Part shown: positions 10,106-23,491 of the stretch, piece after piece
How positions within the stretch are numbered: the first letter of the stretch is position 1
Layout of the letters: each line of letters starts with the position of its first letter
NCBI GenBank assembly: GCA_046597055.1
Contig: JBKJLC010000174.1
Span: 1 to 23,496 of the forward strand
Source: Kofleriaceae bacterium
Lineage (GTDB): Bacteria > Myxococcota_A > Polyangia > Haliangiales > Haliangiaceae
DNA: 23,496 nucleotides
Reading direction: 5' to 3'
The notes under the pieces: generated by a model
Databases searched by the model: none
What the model was told of the DNA's origin: nothing
Seen by the model: only the letters and a program-made list of their open reading frames with translations
Made by a program: the position numbers and the translations under genes

Positions 10106-10136
10106 AGCCTAACCCTCACGTGTACGTGAGGTTCTA
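10106..10136 (-). promoter_or_regulatory. MerR-type promoter: TAGAAC-N19-TAGGCT containing an 18-bp palindromic operator (10114-10131)
   Basis: Minus strand TAGAAC CTCACGTACACGTGAGGGT TAGGCT: 19-bp spacer with the perfect 8-2-8 inverted repeat CCTCACGT-AC-ACGTGAGG. Confidence 0.75.
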
Positions 10137-10149
10137 GACCCGTTGCCGG

Positions 10150-10178
10150 ACTATGGCGACGAGGGACGGTCAAGTCAA
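10150..10178 (-). promoter_or_regulatory. Putative sigma70-type upstream promoter TTGACT-N17-CATAGT
   Basis: Near-consensus -35, 17-bp spacer and a -10 retaining the A2/T6 positions, pointing into the merR-isc operon. Confidence 0.5.
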
Positions 10179-10185
10179 CGTCCAA

Positions 10186-10203
10186 TCTCACCTTTACGTG
10201 CGG
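10186..10203. promoter_or_regulatory. Second, degenerate copy of the MerR operator
   Basis: Minus strand CCGCACGTAAAGGTGAGA has 14/18 identity to CCTCACGTACACGTGAGG and lies 72 bp upstream of it. Confidence 0.55.
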
Positions 10204-10354
10204 CTCAGCTCTCAGAGTTAAGAGCACTTACCGTCGCGCGCACGCGGTGATGTGAACAGTCGTAGTGAGCGCGCGCACGTCGCCCAACGGCCGTGCGTTC
10301 CCTGATGCTCATCGCCCTGGTGCTGATCGGCCGCCCGCTCTGCCGGTGACCAGG

Positions 10355-11923
10355 TCAGGAGGCGGTGGCGACCGCCTCGTAGGCGCGGATCACGGTCACC
10401 TTGATCTGGCCGGGGAACGTCATCTCCTCGGAGATGCGGGCTGCGATCTCGCTCGATAGCTCGACCACCGCCAGGTCATCGAGTTCGCGCTCGCGGACAT
10501 ACACCCGCAGCTCACGGCCGCCGTGGACTGCATGGGCGCGGTCAACCCCGCGATAGGAGGCGCCAATCCGCTCGAGGTCCTCGACCTTGGTCGAGAATCC
10601 CTCGGCCGCCTCCCGGCGGGCGCCAGGTCGGGCGCCGCTCATCGCATCGGCGGCCGCCACCAGGTAGGCGTAAGGCGAGTTGCAGGGCTCGTCGGCGTGG
10701 TGGGAGCCGATGGCGTTGGCGACCACCTCGGACTCGCCGAGCCGGCGGGCGATCTCGGCGCCGATGACCGCGTGCGAGCCCTCGATCTTGTGGGTCAGCG
10801 CCTTCCCGATGTCGTGCATCAGGGTCGCGCGGCGGGCCAGCTTCTCGTCCAGGCCCAGCTCGGCGGCCATCATCCCGGCCAGGAACGACGCTTCGACCGC
10901 GTGCAGCCACTGGTTCTGGGTGTAGCTGGTGCGCCAGTTCAGGGCGCCGACCAGCTCGACGATCTCGGGGTGAGCGCGGGCGACGCCCAGGGTCTGGAAC
11001 GCCTTCTTGCCGAGCGTGCGCACCTCGGCATCGAGGCTCTCCCGGATCTTGTTGGCCCAGGTCCGGGCCTCGTCGGCCGAGTGGGGTGTGGTCTCCGGCT
11101 TCTTGGCGAGTCGGGTCAGCGCGCGGCGCGCGACCTCCTTGCCGAGCGGGTCGAGGCCGTCGAGCCGGACGCTGGTCTCGCTCTCGCCGATCAACAGCTT
11201 CACGCCGGCGATCTCTTCGAGGGCGGCATGCAGCGTGAGGTTGTTGCGGGTCAGCGCCTCCATCACCGGCGGGTCGACCCGGATGTTCGAGATGTTCCGC
11301 TCGGTCAGGAAGTGCATCTGGCAACGGGCCGAGGCGATCTCCATGACGCGCTTGGCCTCGCGGTCGGTCGCGGGGTCAGCGGCCATGTGCTCGATCTCGC
11401 GCAGGCGCGCGGCGGCTTCGGCCCGCGCGGTCTCGGTCCAGCTCTGGCCGAGCTGGGCGATGAGCCCGGCGCCGCTGGTCCCCGCGCGCTCCTCGAGCAG
11501 CAGGCGCGCCTCGCGGCGGCGGCGGTCGTTGTCCTGACTCAGCCCGCTGGCGCGATCGGCGCGGGTCCGCCGCTCGCGCTCGTCGGCATCGAGCAGCGCC
11601 TCGCGCTGACCGAGCGCCTCGACGTCGGACTCGATGACCGCGCGCGCGATCATCACGGCGCGCTCGCGATCGACCACCGCCTGGGCCGCTGCGTCGATCT
11701 CGTCGAGCGCGGTCTCGCGGACGACCAGCGTCTCCTGGCGGGCGGCGCTCTCCTCCTCGCTGACCCGCGCGGCCGCCTCGAGCCGGGCCGCCGTGGTCAC
11801 GGCCCGCGCCTCGCGCTGCGCCGCGTCGAGCACCGCGTGGGCCTCGCGGCGCGCGCGCTGGTAGACGGCGGCGAACGCGATCGCACCGGCGAGCACTCCG
11901 AGGACGATGGCGGGGATCAGCAC
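10355..11923 (-). CDS. rny: Ribonuclease Y homologue (N-terminal membrane anchor, coiled coil, divergent KH, HD domain)
   Basis: N-terminal TM segment VLIPAIVLGVLAGAIAFAAVY, long coiled coil, RTSYTQNQWLH, LMHDIGKAL, GSHAVIG, SHH, AADAMSGARPGARRE, GRELRVYV, FPGQIKVTVIR. Start (GTG 11923) uncertain. Confidence 0.88.
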   Translation of the reverse strand: MLIPAIVLGVLAGAIAFAAVYQRARREAHAVLDAAQREARAVTTAARLEAAARVSEEESAARQETLVVRETALDEIDAAAQAVVDRERAVMIARAVIESDVEALGQREALLDADERERRTRADRASGLSQDNDRRRREARLLLEERAGTSGAGLIAQLGQSWTETARAEAAARLREIEHMAADPATDREAKRVMEIASARCQMHFLTERNISNIRVDPPVMEALTRNNLTLHAALEEIAGVKLLIGESETSVRLDGLDPLGKEVARRALTRLAKKPETTPHSADEARTWANKIRESLDAEVRTLGKKAFQTLGVARAHPEIVELVGALNWRTSYTQNQWLHAVEASFLAGMMAAELGLDEKLARRATLMHDIGKALTHKIEGSHAVIGAEIARRLGESEVVANAIGSHHADEPCNSPYAYLVAAADAMSGARPGARREAAEGFSTKVEDLERIGASYRGVDRAHAVHGGRELRVYVRERELDDLAVVELSSEIAARISEEMTFPGQIKVTVIRAYEAVATAS

Positions 11924-12001
11924 CGCGGGCCAGCTTCCCGCATGTAGGACCGCGGCGCAACGTGTGGATCGGTGCCAGCCCGCCCACGGCACCGTCTCAG
12001 A

Positions 12002-13807
<1,806 letters not shown>

Positions 13808-13855
13808 GAGACGGACACGAGTGTCCCGTGGCCGGTGCCGAGAATCAAGGTGGCG

Positions 13856-15004
13856 TCAGGTGGCGTGACAGAACGCGGGGTAGTCGATCAGCTCGATCTG
13901 TCGGCGATCGACCCCGTCGCCGCAGGTGCGACAGGTCGGATCACGCCGCAGCGTGAGCTCACGGAACCGCGCGCGCAGGGCGTCGTAGACCAGCAGGCGG
14001 CCGGCGATGGTGGGCTGATCGAGGACGAGCTTGATCGCCTCGGTCGCCTGCAGGACGCCCATCACGCCGGGCAGCACCCCGAGCACCCCGGCCTCCTGGC
14101 ACGACGGCGCCGCGCCCGGCGGTGGCGGCGCCGGGTACAGGCACCGATAGCAAGGCGCGCCGGCGGCCGGGAACACCGTGAGCTGACCCTCGAAGCGATA
14201 GATCGAGGCGTGCACCACCGGCTTGCCCAGCCGCAGCGCGACGTCGTTCAGCAGGTAGCGGGTGGCGAAGTTGTCGGCCCCGTCGATCACCAGGTCGTAG
14301 CCGGCGACCAGCTCGAGCGCGTTATCGCGGGTGAGCCGGACCCGATGCCCCACCAGCTTCACGTCGGGGTTGAGCGCACCCAGCGTGCGCATCGCGCTCT
14401 CGACCTTGGGCATCCCGATGCGATCGGTCGTGTGCACGACCTGGCGCTGCAGGTTGGAGGCGTCGACCACGTCGTCGTCGACCAGCCCGAGCGTGCCGAT
14501 GCCCGCCGCCGCCAGGTAGAGGCTGGCCGGCGAGCCGAGGCCGCCGGCGCCGAGGCACAGGACGCGCGCGGCCAGCAGCCGCTGCTGCCCGACCTCGCCG
14601 ACCTCAGGCAGCAGCAGGTGCCGCGCGTAGCGCGCACGCTGCGCCGGGGTCAGGCCACCCGGATCCACCGCGACCGGCCGCCCGGCCTGCTTCCAGGCGG
14701 TGAAGCCGCCCGCCATCGACGCGACGTCGCGGAAGCCGAGCCGGCGCAGGGTGTCGGCGCCGAGCACCGAGCGATTGCCGCTCGCGCAGTACAGCACCAC
14801 CCGCGCGTCGCGGTCGGGGACCGCTGCGTCGATGCGCTGCTCGAGGAAGCCGCGCGGGATCACGCGCGCGCCCGGGATGCGTCCGGCCGCCACCTCGTCG
14901 GGCTCGCGCACGTCGATCAAGATCTCGTCACCGACCACGTCGGCCGGCGTGACCTCGCGGATGGTGGCCCGGAGATCGCGAAGATAGGCGTCGTACGCCG
15001 GCAT
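13856..15004 (-). CDS. moeB: Rhodanese-ThiF/MoeB fusion (MoeZ/MoeBR-like sulfur-carrier adenylyltransferase)
   Basis: N-terminal rhodanese (IDVREPDE...YCASGNRS...GGFTAW) followed by E1-like domain: RYARHLLLPEVG, GAGGLGS, DDDVVDASNLQRQ, DNFATRY, CYRC and CRTC Zn motifs, PSCQEAGVLG. Confidence 0.9.
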   Translation of the reverse strand: MPAYDAYLRDLRATIREVTPADVVGDEILIDVREPDEVAAGRIPGARVIPRGFLEQRIDAAVPDRDARVVLYCASGNRSVLGADTLRRLGFRDVASMAGGFTAWKQAGRPVAVDPGGLTPAQRARYARHLLLPEVGEVGQQRLLAARVLCLGAGGLGSPASLYLAAAGIGTLGLVDDDVVDASNLQRQVVHTTDRIGMPKVESAMRTLGALNPDVKLVGHRVRLTRDNALELVAGYDLVIDGADNFATRYLLNDVALRLGKPVVHASIYRFEGQLTVFPAAGAPCYRCLYPAPPPPGAAPSCQEAGVLGVLPGVMGVLQATEAIKLVLDQPTIAGRLLVYDALRARFRELTLRRDPTCRTCGDGVDRRQIELIDYPAFCHAT

Positions 15005-15184
15005 GGGCCGGCATCCTATCAGCGCCCCGGGCCCGCGGCGGCTGTCGGCGCTCCGCGCCCACGCTGGGGGCGGGGGCCGGCGAACCGCCTCACCGTTGCC
15101 AGGCCGTGCCCGCGGGAGCGAAACCCGGCGGCCTCACGTCTCCTTGCTGTACCATCGTCGTCTTCATCTGGTTGGAGGTCGTCG

Positions 15185-16423
15185 ATGGGGCGCGCAATTT
15201 ACCTCGTGAGCCTGCTGGTGGTGGTGGGTTGCGGACACGTCGTGGACCAGGCCGGCTCCGACGCGGCTTCCCCCGGCTCCACCGGGTCGAGCTGCGCGTC
15301 GAGCGCGGATTGCACCACTGGCGACTGCGTGGACGGCTTCTGCTGCGCCAGCACCTGTGACCAGACCTGTGCCGCCTGCTCGAACGCCAAGACCGGTGCG
15401 CCCAACGGCACCTGTGCACCGGTGGCGCTCGGTCAGGATCCCGATGACGAGTGCATCGACGACGGTGCCACGTCTTGCGATCGCAGCGGCAGCTGCAATG
15501 GCGACGCCGCCGCGCCGGCGTGCGGGCTGTATCCGGCGACCACGGTGTGCGCCGCCGACCGCTGCACGGCAGGGATGCTGATCAGCTCGACCTGCAGCGG
15601 CGGCGGCTCGTGCGAGCCCGCCGCCGCGTCTTGCGCGCCGTACCTGGCCTGCAACAGCGCCGGCACCGCCTGCCAGGCGAGCTGCACCAGCGACGGGGCC
15701 TGCGCCGCGGGCAACCACTGCGACCGGGTCAACTCGGTCTGCACCAGCGTGCTGCGCGTGGCGATCCCGATCGCGGTGGGCTCGCGGTGTCGCGACGCTA
15801 ACGAGTCCCTCACCGCGTTCGCCAACCTGCTGATCGCGCGCGGCCACATCGCGACGATCGTGGCGCCGGCCGAGCTCGACACCCTCGCCGAGCTGCAGGC
15901 CTACGACGTCGTGATCCCGACCGGGGTCAACTGCGCGGGCAACAGCAGCGCCGAGGCCATCGCGACCTACGGCGCCTACAGCCCCAACATCAGCGCATAC
16001 ATCAGCGGCGGCGGTGGCCTGGTCGCCGCGGGTTGGGTGCTGTTTGGCACCAATCTGAACGCGGCCGGGGCGATCGCGGCTGAGCTGCCGACCATTCGGA
16101 GCGATGCCTTCACGGCGGGCTCGCCGGCCATGACCGTGGTCGCCGGCCATCCCATCACGGCCGGGGTGGCGGGGTTCATCGCCGGCGACTACAGCGTGGA
16201 GGCGGGCGGTACCAAACCGACTGCCACCACCCTGCTCACCAACCCGGCGGGCGCCGCGGCCGGCGCAGCCTGGCCGAGGGGGCTCGGGCGGACGGTGTAC
16301 CTGGCGCCGCCCTACTTCGAGCCGTGGAGCGCCTACACCAACGAGAACCTGCTCGATGGCAGCCAGCCGAGCTCGATCGCGCTGGTCATCCGCGCGGTCG
16401 AGTGGGCCGGGCACAACCTTTGA
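15185..16423 (+). CDS. Cys-rich lipoprotein with C-terminal class I glutamine-amidotransferase/ThuA-like domain
   Basis: C-terminal part of ORF 13283..16423. MGRAIYLVSLLVVVG-C lipobox; 24 Cys in about 150 aa (CVDGFCC...CAPYLAC repeats); then YDVVIP...YISGGGGLV...HPITAGV...GRTVYL. The C-terminal domain call is by eye. Confidence 0.78.
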   Translation: MGRAIYLVSLLVVVGCGHVVDQAGSDAASPGSTGSSCASSADCTTGDCVDGFCCASTCDQTCAACSNAKTGAPNGTCAPVALGQDPDDECIDDGATSCDRSGSCNGDAAAPACGLYPATTVCAADRCTAGMLISSTCSGGGSCEPAAASCAPYLACNSAGTACQASCTSDGACAAGNHCDRVNSVCTSVLRVAIPIAVGSRCRDANESLTAFANLLIARGHIATIVAPAELDTLAELQAYDVVIPTGVNCAGNSSAEAIATYGAYSPNISAYISGGGGLVAAGWVLFGTNLNAAGAIAAELPTIRSDAFTAGSPAMTVVAGHPITAGVAGFIAGDYSVEAGGTKPTATTLLTNPAGAAAGAAWPRGLGRTVYLAPPYFEPWSAYTNENLLDGSQPSSIALVIRAVEWAGHNL

Positions 16424-16432
16424 TCGGGCCGG

Positions 16433-16466
16433 TTACCCGCCGGAGCCACCCGGGTCCACCGGGTAA
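16433..16466. terminator. Possible hairpin terminator between convergent genes
   Basis: TTACCCG...CGGGTAA inverted repeat with inner GGA/TCC pairing; no U-tract. Confidence 0.3.
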
Positions 16467-16524
16467 GTCCGCACGTGACGGGCCCGTCGGCAGCGGAGGG
16501 ACCTGACGGTGGGGACCGCGGCGG

Positions 16525-16998
16525 CTAGCTGTCCATACGGTGGCGCAGCACGTCGAGCACGAACCGGCGCAGGCGGCGCTCGTGGCCGTCGCTCGGCTGC
16601 TCGGCGACCGAGATGCGCAGGATGCCGCCGGTCACCTCGCGGATGATGCCGCGCACCCGCAGGCCCTGCTCATCGGTCGGCGAGTCGACCCGCATCTCGA
16701 CGTGGGTGCCAACCACCCAGCGACCGGTGGTCTCGACCTGAACCCCGCCGGGTCCGATCGAGCGGACCCGGGCATCGAACGCCTGGTCCTTGTTGCGCAG
16801 CTTGATCTCGAGATCACACGGCATCCCCTCGCCGCCGGGCTTGTCGTCCGCGATCAGCGCCAGGATGCAGCGCTCGACCGCGGACCGCTCGACCGCGTCT
16901 TCGGGGGACCAGCCCACCGGGGTCCGACGGCCATCCAGATCCTGGAGCCGGTCGGCAAGCTGGGGGAACGTCATGTTTTCGAGGGCACTGTGTTCCAT
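16525..16998 (-). CDS. PilZ-like domain protein (degenerate c-di-GMP motifs)
   Basis: PCDLEIKL...ARVRSIGPGGVQVET...VGTHVEMRV...LRVRGIIR beta-barrel pattern with C-terminal helix; GGAG SD-like element upstream of ATG 16998. Confidence 0.65.
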   Translation of the reverse strand: MEHSALENMTFPQLADRLQDLDGRRTPVGWSPEDAVERSAVERCILALIADDKPGGEGMPCDLEIKLRNKDQAFDARVRSIGPGGVQVETTGRWVVGTHVEMRVDSPTDEQGLRVRGIIREVTGGILRISVAEQPSDGHERRLRRFVLDVLRHRMDS

Positions 16999-17213
16999 CG
17001 AGGTCTCCACTCGACCACTCTCACCAGTACTTAATGTCGCATGCAATACAAGAATTACTGCCTACAGGGGCGGACGTAGGGAGAGGTGAGTACACGCGCA
17101 CCGCCGGTCCGCCGACCCAACCTGTGACCATCGTTCGCAGCACGTGATGACCGGCGCGCCTGCCCGATGTGGGAGGACGGGCTAGGCGATCCTCGGTGAC
17201 TCGGGCATGCGTG

Positions 17214-17242
17214 TTGCCAAGGACGTCCCTGATAGGTACGTT
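17214..17242 (+). promoter_or_regulatory. Putative sigma70 promoter TTGCCA-N17-TACGTT for erpA-glcD
   Basis: Exact 17-bp spacing, followed by a short hairpin (17252-17270), GGAGG SD at 17271-17275 and ATG 17282. Confidence 0.55.
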
Positions 17243-17281
17243 GTGCGGACATGCCGGCTCGACACCGGCAGGAGGCACCCG

Positions 17282-17686
17282 ATGGCCACCCTATTTCGCG
17301 AGACCAGCACTGTTCCCCAGACTCCGCCCCCGTCCGCCGACCAGCCGGTCGCGCTCGATACCCTCGTTGGACTGACCCCGCTCGCCGCGGCCAAGGTCAA
17401 CGAGATCCGTGAGGCGGAGACGATCGAGACCGAGATGGGCCTTCGGCTGCGCGTGGTGGGCGGTGGCTGCGCCGGCTTCAGCTACGATCTCTACTTCGAT
17501 GCGCCCAGCGAGGTCGACCAGCAGTTCGAAGTGCAGGGCGTCCGCGTGGTCGTCGACGAGATGAGCCTGATGTACCTGGTCGGCACCGAGATCGACTACG
17601 TCGAGGGCCTGCAGGGCGCGGGCTTCAAGTTCCAGAACCCGAACGTGAAGTCGACCTGCGGCTGCGGCTCGTCCTTCAGCGTCTGA
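17282..17686 (+). CDS. erpA: A-type Fe-S carrier / insertion protein (ErpA-like HesB family)
   Basis: LRLRVVGGGCAGFSY...DYVEGLQGAGFKFQNPNVKSTCGCGSSFSV; strong SD GGAGG. ErpA versus another A-type carrier subclass is inference. Confidence 0.85.
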   Translation: MATLFRETSTVPQTPPPSADQPVALDTLVGLTPLAAAKVNEIREAETIETEMGLRLRVVGGGCAGFSYDLYFDAPSEVDQQFEVQGVRVVVDEMSLMYLVGTEIDYVEGLQGAGFKFQNPNVKSTCGCGSSFSV

Positions 17687-17714
17687 TCCAGCGGCGCGCG
17701 CCGAGCAGGTCAAG

Positions 17715-19121
<1,407 letters not shown>

Positions 19122-19223
19122 CCCGGCCCGGTCGGGTGCGACTCCCGATCACCCGGTTAGCGATCGATCACCTCGCGCGCCCCGGGCAGCGCACGGCGCC
19201 GGACGCCATGCGACCATCCCGGC

Positions 19224-21985
<2,762 letters not shown>

Positions 21986-21989
<4 letters not shown>

Positions 21990-22366
21990 CCCGCGGGCAG
22001 ATCCTGATCGTCGACGACAACCCGGCCAACGTCCTGCTGCTCCGCGCCCTGCTCGAGCACCACGGCTACGCCGTCGCCACCGCGGGCTCCGCCTACGAGG
22101 CGCTCGACGTGCTGGGCCAGATCACACCCCAGCTCGTCCTCATGGACCTGCAGATGCCGGGGATGGACGGGTACGAGCTCACCCGCCGGCTCAAGACCGA
22201 CCCCGCGACGGCCGCCATCGTCATCCTGGCGGTGACCGCGTATGCCATGAAGGGCGATGAGGAGCGCGCGCGCGCCGCCGGCTGCGATGGCTACGTGACC
22301 AAGCCGATCGACACGCGCGGGCTGCCGGTGACCATCGCGACGCTGCTCGCGCGGGTCGCGTCGTGA
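21986..22366 (+). CDS. Single-domain response regulator (CheY/DivK-like)
   Basis: ILIVDDN...LMDLQMPGMDG...VTAYAMKGD...GCDGYVTKPID; ATGA overlap with the kinase stop. Confidence 0.93.
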
Positions 22367-22416
22367 CCGGCGCGGCGGCCGGGAATAGCGAGCCGCGGGC
22401 TCGCGTTGAGCGCCCC

Positions 22417-23316
22417 ATGGTTCGACTCGGTCTCCTGCTCGCCGTCCTCGCCGCCTGCGGGCGCACCACGCCTGCGCCCGGGCGCGATGCCGCCGCGACC
22501 GCCCCGCCACCGCCACCCGAGCGGTTGGCACCCGACGCCGCGCCGGCCGCCGCCGCGCCAGCTCCGATCGATCTCGCCGGGCTGTACGACGGCGCGGCCT
22601 GCCTGGTCGTCCGGTCTCCGGACGGTACCATCCAGACCAGCGATCCGGTCCGGTGTGGCGAGCGGCTGCGGCCGGCGTCGACCTTCAAGATCGTCAACGC
22701 GCTGATCGGCGCCGATCTCGGCCTGCTCGACGGTCCCGACGCGGTGATGGCGTACGATCAGAAGCGCTATCCACGCCAGGACGGCTGGGGCGCCGGCTGG
22801 GACCGGCCGCAGCCGCTGCGCGAGGCGATGAAGATCTCGGCGGTGCCGGCGTTCCGGTTGCTCGCGATCAAGATCGGCGCGGAGCGCATGCAGGCGGCGC
22901 TCGACGCGCTCGGCTACGGCAACCGCTCGATCGCGGGCGGGCTGGACCTGTTCTGGCTGAGCGGCGACCTCGCGGTGTCGGCCGGCGAGCAGGTCGAGCT
23001 GATCACCGGCCTGGTGACCAGCCGGCTGCCGGTGACGCCGCGCGCGCAGGAGATCGTCCGCGAGGCCATGCCGCGCGAGGCCGCGCCCGACGGGGCCGTG
23101 CTCCACTTCAAGACCGGCACCGCGCCGCTCGACGACGGCCCGTGGGTCGGCTGGCTGGTCGGCTGGATCGATCGCGGCGGCCAGGCGACCCCGTACGCGT
23201 GCTGGATCAAGCACCCGCCGGACGACTTCGCGGTCATCCGCGCCACCCGCCTGCGGGTGTGCCGCGGCGCGCTCGAGCGCCTCGGCCTGTTCCCGGCGCC
23301 AGCGTCCGCGCCCTGA
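22417..23316 (+). CDS. Class D (OXA-like) beta-lactamase with lipoprotein signal
   Basis: PASTFK (SxxK), SAV (SxV), YGN, FWLSGDL, KTG and GWLVGW motifs; MVRLGLLLAVLAA-C lipobox followed by a Pro/Ala linker. Alternative GTG start at 22363 overlaps the RR stop. Confidence 0.85.
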   Translation: MVRLGLLLAVLAACGRTTPAPGRDAAATAPPPPPERLAPDAAPAAAAPAPIDLAGLYDGAACLVVRSPDGTIQTSDPVRCGERLRPASTFKIVNALIGADLGLLDGPDAVMAYDQKRYPRQDGWGAGWDRPQPLREAMKISAVPAFRLLAIKIGAERMQAALDALGYGNRSIAGGLDLFWLSGDLAVSAGEQVELITGLVTSRLPVTPRAQEIVREAMPREAAPDGAVLHFKTGTAPLDDGPWVGWLVGWIDRGGQATPYACWIKHPPDDFAVIRATRLRVCRGALERLGLFPAPASAP

Positions 23317-23323
23317 GCCGAGC

Positions 23324-23491
23324 GAAGCGAGGCGGCTCTGGTTCCGTACAGATCGGGCGCGGCCTCCGGGCCGCGGCCGATCGATCGAAAGGGAGGGTGG
23401 GAAGCGAATGCTTCACACCCTCCCTTTCGATCGATCGGCCGCGGCCCGGGGGCCGCGCCCGATCTGTACGGAACCAGAGCCCGCTCGCTTC
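23324..23491. repeat. 168-bp near-perfect palindrome (82-bp arms, 4-nt loop)
   Basis: Arm 23324-23405 and arm 23410-23491 are reverse complements at 78/82 positions; loop GAAT. Confidence 0.95.

Noticed and set aside
15132..15149. CCTCACGT half-site of the MerR operator between moeB and the Cys-rich lipoprotein
   Set aside because: The second half (CCTTGCTG) matches only 4/8 and no 19-bp promoter geometry was found; may be chance.
17132..17149. ACGTGATG half-site-like sequence upstream of erpA
   Set aside because: The left half does not match the operator, so co-regulation of erpA by the MerR protein is unsupported.
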